A stretch of 37,560 nucleotides of DNA from a virus. Lineage: Duplodnaviria > Caudoviricetes. A program made the translations under genes and the position numbers. The DNA lies in the IMG/VR virus record IMGVR_UViG_3300022562_000053, positions 1-37,560 of that record. The stretch is one strand, 5' to 3'. Of this stretch, positions 29,677-36,364 are shown piece after piece. Numbering within the stretch: position 1 is the stretch's first letter; the number at the start of each line of letters is the position of its first letter. The notes under the pieces are model-generated. The model saw only the letters and a program-made list of their open reading frames with translations. It did not search any database and was not told the DNA's origin.

Positions 29677-30094
29677 TTTCCTTGACTTTCTGCTCTGTCT
29701 TGATGGCCTCTCCGTCAGGGCCAGAGATTTCTTGACGTTCACGCCAGAGGGCGATGGACTTGCCTGCCAACTCGATGGCACGGAGGACGTCAGAGTCTTT
29801 GGTAGAGTCTTTCTCGATCATGTCCAGTAGCTTCTGGATGAGATACTCGGCTTTTAGCTCCGACTTCTTCTGACGTTCTGCCATCCTCTTCTCAATCTCT
29901 ACGGAGACGAGTGGGTGGAGTAGAAGCTCAGACGAGAGTTTGTTGGGATTGGTTGACTTATAGCCTGCCCTGAGGACGGCTTCGGAGGCGTTTAGGTCTA
30001 CGAAGTATTCGTCGACGAATCGTTGCATCTTGGAGGAGAGTTTGGCTCCCTTGCCTTTGGTGGGAGGACTATCTCCAGGTTTTAGGTAAGGCAT
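29576..30094 (-). CDS. terS: Terminase small subunit
   Basis: QRFVDEYFVDLNASEAVLRAGY, RAIELAGK, EISGPDG. Confidence 0.9.
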   Translation of the reverse strand: MPYLKPGDSPPTKGKGAKLSSKMQRFVDEYFVDLNASEAVLRAGYKSTNPNKLSSELLLHPLVSVEIEKRMAERQKKSELKAEYLIQKLLDMIEKDSTKDSDVLRAIELAGKSIALWRERQEISGPDGEAIKTEQKVKENVADFTSRIARLAASAGKGEVVEFPNRQGNSES

Positions 30095-30141
30095 ACTACT
30101 CCTTCTATTATTAAAAACAATTCTTTCTACCTTATACCCAT

Positions 30142-30170
30142 ATTATACCATACTTTGTGGTGTTTGTCAA
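30142..30170 (-). promoter_or_regulatory. Sigma70-type promoter for the virion operon
   Basis: Minus strand TTGACA-17 nt-TATAAT with extended TG. Confidence 0.85.
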
Positions 30171-30228
30171 GAAAAATCGTACATAAGATAGAAAAATAAT
30201 TTATTTTTATAAAAAATGAAAAAAGTTC

Positions 30229-30257
30229 TTGACAAATCGGTTGAGATTTGGTATAAT
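30229..30257 (+). promoter_or_regulatory. Sigma70-type promoter, divergent from the virion operon promoter
   Basis: TTGACA-17 nt-TATAAT with extended TG. Confidence 0.85.
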
Positions 30258-30501
30258 ATAGGTGAAGGGTTGGGATTGTTACACACCATCAACTAAAAGC
30301 TCACAAGTTCACTTGTGGAGGGATGGGTCAGTAATCTCAAGATTAATAGATGAAGGAAACTACCTAACTCTTCAAATGATTTTTTTCTTTCTTTAACCGG
30401 CTAGACCGGGGTTTCTTTCTTTTGTTTGAAGGATGAGGAAGGCCCTTAAGTTATTACTAAGGGGAGGGCTAGGGGGAGTGAGGGGTATATAAGGAGTAGT
30501 C

Positions 30502-30951
30502 ATGATTAGTAAAGAAGATCTAGATAGGTTGTATCTTGTAGTAGATGAGGGCTTTATCTCTCGTCGTACAGGTAGGATGGTTGGTAGTAAGAACGAGAAA
30601 GGATATCTAAGGGTTACTATCAGGGGTAAGAAATACCGTATCCATAGGTTGATGTACTTTTATCATAAAGGTCGTTGGCCTGATCTGGTAGATCATATCG
30701 ATCAAGACAAAACCAATAACAGGATAGAAAACCTAAGGGAGGTGTCTCCTAGTCTCAATAAAGCCAATAGTGATAAGTGTTATAACCAGAATGGATATAG
30801 GGGAGTTTTTGCCGATAGTTGTGGCAAGTTTCGGAGTGAGGTTTGTAGGAATGGCCTAAGAATGAAATCTAAGAGATTTGACACGGCAGAGGAGGCTCAT
30901 GAGGAATATCTTAAGATGAGGGCTAAGGTCTATCCTGAGTTGTTTACTTAA
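30502..30951 (+). CDS. HNH homing endonuclease with AP2-like C-terminal domain
   Basis: YRIHRL, VDHIDQDKTNNRIENLREV, GYRGV, FDTAEEAHEEY. Confidence 0.9.
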   Translation: MISKEDLDRLYLVVDEGFISRRTGRMVGSKNEKGYLRVTIRGKKYRIHRLMYFYHKGRWPDLVDHIDQDKTNNRIENLREVSPSLNKANSDKCYNQNGYRGVFADSCGKFRSEVCRNGLRMKSKRFDTAEEAHEEYLKMRAKVYPELFT

Positions 30952-31018
30952 GACATTCGTGGGGTGGGCGACCGGAGGGAGCCCTATTCTCGTAGTTATA
31001 GTCTATTTTCGATTCTAA

Positions 31019-31069
31019 GCCCCTCTGAGGGCGTATAAGAGGTTCTCTGGTATCAGGGGGCCTTTTTTT
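31019..31069 (+). terminator. Possible terminator after the HNH gene
   Basis: GCCCCTCTGA...TCAGGGGGC followed by a T7 run, with a large loop. Confidence 0.45.
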
Positions 31070-31114
31070 ATTATCTGTCCTGTACGGGCTTCTGAGAGGA
31101 TTTTAGGATATTCC

Positions 31115-31178
31115 GAATTTTTTCTCTAGGATTTCCTAAATTTTTTCTCTAGGATTTCCTAAATTTTTTCTCTAGGAT
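31115..31178. repeat. 23-bp tandem repeat, about 2.8 copies
   Basis: AAATTTTTTCTCTAGGATTTCCT at 31115 (1 mismatch), 31138 and 31161 (partial). Confidence 0.95.
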
Positions 31179-31239
31179 ATGACCGGGTCTGTCTCACGCA
31201 TGACACGCGCAGGGTTCCACTCCCCCCCCTCCCCGGATG

Positions 31240-31438
31240 GAACAAAAGGAGAACTCCCGCTGGCCAGCCCCGGATGGAACAAAAGGGGAACATACAAAGA
31301 ACATACCATGAACATACTCAACTCGTCGCATCCAGAGAACGTCCTGTCTCAACATGCCAACCTAGGTTAGTAATAAAAGGAAAGACTAGGCGGCCCTTGA
31401 CGCAAGAATGTTTCAACAATGGAGAACAAAGGGGGAAC
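31240..31438 (+). promoter_or_regulatory. Array of GAAC-N7-GAAC sites (alphaproteobacterial LexA box consensus)
   Basis: GAAC at 31240/31251, 31277/31288/31299/31310 and 31424/31435, all at an exact 11-bp period. Confidence 0.75.
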
Positions 31439-31470
31439 AACCCTTGCTAACCCATTGAAAACTAAGGGGT

Positions 31471-31498
31471 TTGACTTCCACGGGGATTAGTCTAGGGT
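31471..31498 (+). promoter_or_regulatory. Possible early promoter
   Basis: TTGACT-16 nt-TAGGGT just before the structured segment; weak -10. Confidence 0.4.
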
Positions 31499-31499
31499 G

Positions 31500-31941
31500 A
31501 GGTCATCGGATCGGAGCCGGGCAGGATTGCCTAGGTCAACCATCCGGTGTCATATCTCACGGCAATTCGTGGGGCTTGAGAATGTCTTACCACGTCTCGG
31601 GGATGTCTCCGTAACGTCTGCGGTAATTCGGATGACCTAGCGTAGCGTCTAGGGTCCAAGCCCTTGCCGAGGGAAAGCAACGGCGACTAGGTGGATAGTC
31701 AAGGCACTGTTGGAGCGTATCCTTAGTGCGGCGGTATCGCTTAAAAGAGACACGAGTGAACGGGTTAATAGCCCTACTAGCTTGCTGCCTAGTCGGCTAA
31801 TGCAGGGTTCATGGCTTAGCACGCCTTCCCTGTCTTGGCAGCCGGTCTTACATTGACGGGGCGGCCCGCTGGAATAAGGCGGACGGTGATATTCGCCCTT
31901 GGTCAATACATGAGGCAGGGGTTTGATGGCTCTCTGCCTCA
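31500..31941 (+). ncRNA. Putative large structured RNA or leader
   Basis: No credible ORF. Back-to-back hairpins, e.g. AGGTCATC/GATGACCT, GCACTG/TAGTGC, ATTGAC/GTCAAT, TGAGGCAG/CTGCCTCA. Confidence 0.5.
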
Positions 31942-31942
31942 C

Positions 31943-32198
31943 CTAGCAGGGACAGTCTTTCAGGCATCAAGCCTAGGCTAGGGAGATTACACATGTCCGA
32001 CTATCTCAAAGAAGAACAACGCCTTTATGAAGCATCAAGGGCGGCAAGACAAAGGTATATCGACGCCGTCCGGTATCGTGATGAAGACTTGATGCGTTCG
32101 GCACATCTCGACGCCATGGCCGCAAGCGCGGCGTTTCAGAAGCATTAACCTAGGGCTGGTGGAGCCAATCCACCTGCCTGAAAGACTGTCCCCGCTAG
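31943..32198. repeat. 24-bp inverted repeat (31943-31966 / 32175-32198) enclosing one small gene
   Basis: CTAGCAGGGACAGTCTTTCAGGCA vs TGCCTGAAAGACTGTCCCCGCTAG, 1 mismatch. Confidence 0.95.
31993..32148 (+). CDS. Small early hypothetical protein (51 aa, not in ORF track)
   Basis: GGGGAG SD; MSDYLKEEQRLYEASRAARQRYIDAVRYRDEDLMRSAHLDAMAASAAFQKH. Confidence 0.75.
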   Translation: MSDYLKEEQRLYEASRAARQRYIDAVRYRDEDLMRSAHLDAMAASAAFQKH

Positions 32199-32504
32199 AG
32201 ACAAGCCTAGGACAATCCCCTAATAGGAGAACGTCATGGCTACAATCTCAACCACAAGGGCGAGTTACAACCGCCCCAAGCCAACGCTAAACAACGGCAA
32301 CAGGCCAGTCCATGCCACCCAGCGCCAGCTTGACGCCATCAAGGCGTTGAAACAGGCTCTTTCCAATCTCGAAACCGCCACCACTGAGGCGGCATTCACT
32401 CTCCGTTTGCGGCAAGTCCGCGACGCCTATAGCGACCTGAAATCAACCATCTAGTTAACCCTATGGGTTACTCTTAATCCCACATCCTAGGCTTGTCCCT
32501 AGCG
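32193..32504. repeat. 20-bp inverted repeat (32193-32212 / 32485-32504) enclosing one small gene
   Basis: CGCTAGAGACAAGCCTAGGA vs TCCTAGGCTTGTCCCTAGCG, 1 mismatch. Confidence 0.95.
32236..32454 (+). CDS. Small early hypothetical protein
   Basis: AGGAG SD, 72 aa, helical C-terminal half. Confidence 0.75.
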   Translation: MATISTTRASYNRPKPTLNNGNRPVHATQRQLDAIKALKQALSNLETATTEAAFTLRLRQVRDAYSDLKSTI

Positions 32505-32555
32505 TCACCCGTAATAGGTGTGTGCTAGGGTTACATCCTAACAGTGGAGATTAAA

Positions 32556-33191
32556 ATGGCTAAGACTGCAACTGAAATCAAGGCGATGATCGGTCTTTTC
32601 ACGACCAACCGCGACGCCCTGAAGACTCTCGGGCATGACACCCTTATGGAGATTTTCCTTCATGCCGCGCCCAAGACTGTCAGCGAGGATTGCGGCGGCA
32701 GTGCGAACTCGACACTCGCCTATACGATGATTCAGGCGATGCCTACGTCTTGGGCTGAACAGGCCTTGGCGTGGTTCGGTGAGTTCACTCCGATCCGTAT
32801 CCGTGGCACCAACCACGGCCTCGATCCGCGTTACAAGGCTCTGTCCGATCCGAAGTCTGACAAGTATGTAAAGGACAAGGACGAACGTCAGGCCGCGCGT
32901 GACGCATGGTGGAAGCTCTCTGAGGCGACCGAAAACCCCTTCTACGACTTCGCCAAGGAGCGTGAAATCCAGCTCATCGGTGCCGACAAGGTCATCGGAT
33001 GGAACGTCGCCCAAGCCAAGGCGTGGCAGAAGAAGATCGACGACAACAAGGTGAAACCCGACGCAATCCCGGCGGTGAAGAATCTTATCGCGGCCCTCAA
33101 TGCGATGAAAATCAGCCTTGCCGCTGCCGTCCCCAACGACAACCAGACCCAGACCGATAAGGAACAGACGGCCAAGGTTGACGCCGCCTGA
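32556..33191 (+). CDS. Early hypothetical protein
   Basis: GGAG SD before ATG at 32556; resembles a helical early protein seen in lytic podoviruses (recognition only). Confidence 0.75.
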   Translation: MAKTATEIKAMIGLFTTNRDALKTLGHDTLMEIFLHAAPKTVSEDCGGSANSTLAYTMIQAMPTSWAEQALAWFGEFTPIRIRGTNHGLDPRYKALSDPKSDKYVKDKDERQAARDAWWKLSEATENPFYDFAKEREIQLIGADKVIGWNVAQAKAWQKKIDDNKVKPDAIPAVKNLIAALNAMKISLAAAVPNDNQTQTDKEQTAKVDAA

Positions 33192-33210
33192 TCTGATCTG
33201 ATCTGACTCC

Positions 33211-33238
33211 CGTCCTAGGCATGACGCAAAACTGCCTA
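33211..33238 (+). other. H-type RNA pseudoknot
   Basis: S1 CGTC(33211-14)/GACG(33223-26); S2 TAGGCA(33216-21)/TGCCTA(33233-38); A-rich loop CAAAAC. Confidence 0.65.
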
Positions 33239-33285
33239 TCTTTGAAAAAGACCCACGACAACTCGTGGTGTGCCGTGAGGACGAC

Positions 33286-33356
33286 GCCTAAGGTAAGTCT
33301 TTGATTTTAAAAGAATAACCTCTTCGAGGTTAAGAAGTCGAAGACTTATCCTAGGC
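33286..33356 (+). other. Long intergenic RNA hairpin (RNase III-site-like)
   Basis: 23-bp stem 33286-33308/33334-33356 with four G-U pairs and one A-C mismatch, plus inner hairpin TAACCTC/GAGGTTA. Confidence 0.7.
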
Positions 33357-33379
33357 ATCCCGCCTAGAGGAGAAGAACT

Positions 33380-33571
33380 ATGAGTGTTGCCCGTACTGCC
33401 CGCCGTAGGCGGAAGCAGGCTGCGATGGGCCAGAAGGGATTGGAGCAGGTGTTTGGCAAGCGTCATGCCCCTCGCTATCCCGGCAAGGTCGATGCCATCA
33501 CCTCGGCACGTCGTGAAATCGCGTTCCGTGAACGTCTCAAGAAGCTGGCCGACCGCAAGCGGAAGAAGTGA
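33380..33571 (+). CDS. Small Arg/Lys-rich hypothetical protein
   Basis: GAGGAG SD, 63 aa. Confidence 0.7.
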   Translation: MSVARTARRRRKQAAMGQKGLEQVFGKRHAPRYPGKVDAITSARREIAFRERLKKLADRKRKK

Positions 33572-33578
33572 GGTATCC

Positions 33579-33740
33579 ATGAACATCGTCACCGGACGCG
33601 GCAATCGCAGGAAGTCTTTCGTCTTCCCCGACGCCTCAATCGTCAACCGCTCGCCTGAGAAGGAACAGAAGGAGGCTCTTACCCTTCTCTGCAATATCCT
33701 TGGCGTCGATCCCTCCAATACACAGAAGGAGGCCCAGTGA
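33579..33740 (+). CDS. Small hypothetical protein (53 aa)
   Basis: GAGGT SD before ATG at 33579; stop overlaps the next start. Confidence 0.65.
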   Translation: MNIVTGRGNRRKSFVFPDASIVNRSPEKEQKEALTLLCNILGVDPSNTQKEAQ

Positions 33741-33973
33741 TGGCTCTCAATCCCCAACTCATCGCCCGTCAGGCCCTCAAGGCTCGCGGTGTCTCCAACA
33801 TCCAGATCGTCAACATGACGGCCAAGACTCGTCTCGACCTCGGACTGATCGACAACAAGACGTACAACCGTCTCACTCAGGACATGACGAGTGGGTCGAT
33901 CCACTTCCGTCGTGCCAAGACACGGTCCGAAGCCATCCGTCGTCGTGTACCGTTCGGAGGGTTTTCGTCGTGA
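33737..33973 (+). CDS. Small basic hypothetical protein
   Basis: AAGGAGG SD, coupled stop/start. Confidence 0.7.
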   Translation: MMALNPQLIARQALKARGVSNIQIVNMTAKTRLDLGLIDNKTYNRLTQDMTSGSIHFRRAKTRSEAIRRRVPFGGFSS

Positions 33974-34089
33974 TCCTCGACCTAGTATTCTACTTCTTGG
34001 TGGCCGTCGTCTCCGTCTTGGGGGCGTACCTTGCCATCCTCGTCATCCTCGCAAGCCTCTATCTTGTTGTCGTCATCGGGAGAAAATGA
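33970..34089 (+). CDS. 39-aa hydrophobic membrane peptide
   Basis: GTGA and ATGA overlaps at both ends: MILDLVFYFLVAVVSVLGAYLAILVILASLYLVVVIGRK. Confidence 0.65.
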   Translation: MILDLVFYFLVAVVSVLGAYLAILVILASLYLVVVIGRK

Positions 34090-34319
34090 TGCCTAAGCCC
34101 TACTTTTTGCTCTCGAAGGAAGAGCAAGACGAACTTCAGCCGAAGGTCGATTACAGCCACGACTATTTCAAGATCGGTCGTTTCGACGGCTATCGTCGTG
34201 ACGGCTCCATCGGCCAAGACTTGATGCGTCTGATCCACACCAAGAAGGTAGGTTTCGACGCCAAGCCTAACGTCTTGGAAAAGGTAGAGGGACGTTGGGT
34301 TTTCCCTCTTTTGGTGTAA
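34086..34319 (+). CDS. Hypothetical protein
   Basis: ATG at 34086 (or 34089) after GGGAG; MMPKPYFLL... Confidence 0.7.
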   Translation: MMPKPYFLLSKEEQDELQPKVDYSHDYFKIGRFDGYRRDGSIGQDLMRLIHTKKVGFDAKPNVLEKVEGRWVFPLLV

Positions 34320-34325
34320 CCAAAT

Positions 34326-34419
34326 ACTCCCGTAGCTTAATGGTAGAGCACCCGGCTTATACCCGGCATTGGCGACAGATTATCGCAAGATGAGGGTTCG
34401 ACTCCCTCCGGGAGTACCA
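34326..34419 (+). tRNA. tRNA with UAU anticodon (Ile, AUA) and long variable arm
   Basis: Acceptor ACTCCCG/CGGGAGT + A-CCA; D arm GCTT/GAGC; anticodon loop CT-TAT-AC; 24-nt variable arm; T arm GAGGG-TTCGACT-CCCTC. Confidence 0.9.
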
Positions 34420-34438
34420 ATTCCATAAGGAGAATGAC

Positions 34439-34978
34439 ATGGAGGTAACTCTAAAAAAGGCTGCCACCCTAGCCTTGGCCCTGAATTCGATCAAGACGGT
34501 GATTCCTCACTCGTTTACGGTCGATATCTACGGACCACCGCTGACGACAGAAATCGCCGACGACTGTCATCTCAGGTTCTTGGACGGCCTCGATTCCGCC
34601 GTCGAGAAGATTACGGCTGTAAGCCAGATCAGGGATTTGATCGGCGTCGCCAACGAAGGCGAAATCAACCGACTGATTGCCAAGAAGGCAGGGATCGAGA
34701 AGCTCCTTGCCGTCTTCGGAGAAATCCCTGAGCGGAAGCTGAAACCGGATATAGCCACCATCAATACCAAAGCGGCAGGGTACAAGGAGGCGAAGGGTTA
34801 CTCAACCCCTATCCTGTCTCTTGAAGTCGAGACATTCTCTGCCTGCAACCACTCCGTTAAGGCGCTTCGTAAGGAGCGCATCAAGGTGGACGACAGGCTC
34901 GCCTACCTCAACTTTACCACCAAAATCGAGATTCCTGAAGACGTGGTTTCAGTACTCCAGAAGTACGACCTAGTCTGA
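34439..34978 (+). CDS. Helical hypothetical protein (possibly DIP1984-like)
   Basis: AGGAG SD; helical, with C-terminal LRKERIKVDDRLAYLNFTTKIEI. Confidence 0.8.
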   Translation: MEVTLKKAATLALALNSIKTVIPHSFTVDIYGPPLTTEIADDCHLRFLDGLDSAVEKITAVSQIRDLIGVANEGEINRLIAKKAGIEKLLAVFGEIPERKLKPDIATINTKAAGYKEAKGYSTPILSLEVETFSACNHSVKALRKERIKVDDRLAYLNFTTKIEIPEDVVSVLQKYDLV

Positions 34979-34983
34979 AGGAC

Positions 34984-35160
34984 GACGAGAGAAGTCAACC
35001 CTCCTCGGGAAGAGGACCTGGGTCTCGACCCTATTGGCAAGCCCTTCGGGGCAACAGCTTTGTTTGCACGACACCAAGACTGCTGATTGGTCGTTTATGG
35101 CTGATATGTTGCTTGTCTTTTGTGGTGTGTTAGTTGCCTTTTGTTGTGACTTCTCTCGTC
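34984..35160 (+). ncRNA. Putative structured RNA with heptamer repeats
   Basis: Perfect 14-bp closing stem GACGAGAGAAGTCA/TGACTTCTCTCGTC, internal hairpins including GCCC-TTCG-GGGC, six consecutive 7-mers ending in TG. Confidence 0.65.
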
Positions 35161-35183
35161 ACTTAATTTCAAAGGAGAATGAC

Positions 35184-35519
35184 ATGACTGCTGACGTAAT
35201 CACTCTGGCACCTGCCAAGACTCCGAAGACAAAGATCGACAACACCCTTCTCGTCAAGGCTTTCCACGACGAAGGAGGACGAATCTTCCATATCCGTCCC
35301 CACGACGGATACACCCAACCCGATAGGGGCATGACGGTGGCCTACAAGAAGAAGTCGGGACGCATCGAGATGGCTACCTCGGTGACTCACCGTAACGACA
35401 CCTTCGAGAAGAAGATCGGTACGAAGACGGCTATCGAGCACTTCCGGGCCGGTCAGACCGTCAATCTTCCCGTCACCGACGTCGAGTCTCTGATTCGTAT
35501 GCTCTCGGTAATCTGCTGA
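35184..35519 (+). CDS. Hypothetical protein
   Basis: AAGGAG SD before ATG at 35184; contains DTFEKKIG. Confidence 0.75.
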   Translation: MTADVITLAPAKTPKTKIDNTLLVKAFHDEGGRIFHIRPHDGYTQPDRGMTVAYKKKSGRIEMATSVTHRNDTFEKKIGTKTAIEHFRAGQTVNLPVTDVESLIRMLSVIC

Positions 35520-35540
35520 TGACGAACTATCAGAAGGAGT

Positions 35541-35768
35541 ATGACGACTACCGTCATTATCAACGGCAGAAAGAGGAAGAAGACGATGACAACGACCGAC
35601 GTCGTCCTTCCTGAGGTAGCGTCCTGTCCTCAAACCCTCGTCATCACATTCAAGGATGGGACAGTAGTGAAGATGCCGTACTTCGACAAAGAGTCCTCGG
35701 CTTCTTTCATCGACAACATCGAAGACTTGATACGAGACTATTCCGTCCACCCCTATACAGGAGAATAA
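35541..35768 (+). CDS. Hypothetical protein
   Basis: In-operon ORF; start uncertain. Confidence 0.6.
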   Translation: MTTTVIINGRKRKKTMTTTDVVLPEVASCPQTLVITFKDGTVVKMPYFDKESSASFIDNIEDLIRDYSVHPYTGE

Positions 35769-35772
35769 GACG

Positions 35773-36132
35773 ATGGCCAATCACAAGATTTACGTCTATG
35801 GGACGCTTCGGCCCGACAAGGCCGAGGCAGATCAGCTCGAAAAGGTGACAGGCACGATGTACGACCTCGGTGCCTTCCCCGGCTTAGTCATCGAGGGACA
35901 GTCCGTCCAAAGGGTTGTCTCCTGTGAGGTGATCGAAGCCGACGACGACGAGTTGGCGGGACTGGACAGGTACGAGGGGTATAACCCCGACGATCCCGAG
36001 GGTTCCCTCTACCTCCGTAAGGCCTTTCGTGATGGTTGGATTTACGTCTACAACCAACCCTACGAGGGACGTCCCGTCGTCGAATGCGGTGACTGGGTTC
36101 TCTACAAGGAGCTGAAACCTCAGCTTGCCTGA
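35773..36132 (+). CDS. Gamma-glutamylcyclotransferase (AIG2-like) family protein
   Basis: YVYGTLR, MYDLGAFPGL, LDRYEGY, LYLRK, WIYVYN. Confidence 0.9.
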   Translation: MANHKIYVYGTLRPDKAEADQLEKVTGTMYDLGAFPGLVIEGQSVQRVVSCEVIEADDDELAGLDRYEGYNPDDPEGSLYLRKAFRDGWIYVYNQPYEGRPVVECGDWVLYKELKPQLA

Positions 36133-36172
36133 AAGATATTATCCTTAGATTTCAGTCAGTTGTCGATTTTAC

Positions 36173-36200
36173 TTGACAAATCTGAAAAATATGGTATAAT
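36173..36200 (+). promoter_or_regulatory. Sigma70-type promoter
   Basis: TTGACA-16 nt-TATAAT with extended TG. Confidence 0.8.
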
Positions 36201-36241
36201 ATTCTTGTAGCCCCAAAGGTAAACCAACTAAGGAGTGATTC

Positions 36242-36364
36242 ATGGACCCTAGGATCAATAGATGGACAGGCAAGCCTCATGAACATCGTCGTGAAGTGAG
36301 TCGTCGTCTTCGTCAACAACAGAGGAAAGAGGAAAAAGATGTCAAGTCTGACAAGAACGATTGA
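36242..36364 (+). CDS. Small basic protein (40 aa, not in ORF track)
   Basis: AAGGAG SD; MDPRINRWTGKPHEHRREVSRRLRQQ... Confidence 0.65.
   Translation: MDPRINRWTGKPHEHRREVSRRLRQQQRKEEKDVKSDKND

Noticed and set aside
31115-31178. Possible mini-CRISPR array
   Set aside because: The repeats are directly adjacent with no spacers. The Cas4-like nuclease at 2021-2866 is a normal phage replication exonuclease.
31179-31370. 63-aa ORF across the GAAC array, and ORF 31649-31942 (-)
   Set aside because: No convincing SD or protein features; the sequence is better explained as regulatory DNA or structured RNA.
31943-32504. Integron attC cassettes or IS elements
   Set aside because: The arms enclose the genes rather than follow them, there are no RYYYAAC/GTTRRRY ends, and no integrase or transposase is in the window. 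Kept as an unexplained cassette pattern.
34368-34391. Intron in the tRNA, or Sec/Tyr identity
   Set aside because: The extra sequence sits at the variable-arm position and forms a stem. The acceptor and T stems are canonical 7/5 and the anticodon is TAT.
35034-35183. N-terminal extension of ORF 35034-35519
   Set aside because: It runs through the structured repeat RNA. A strong SD supports the ATG at 35184 instead.
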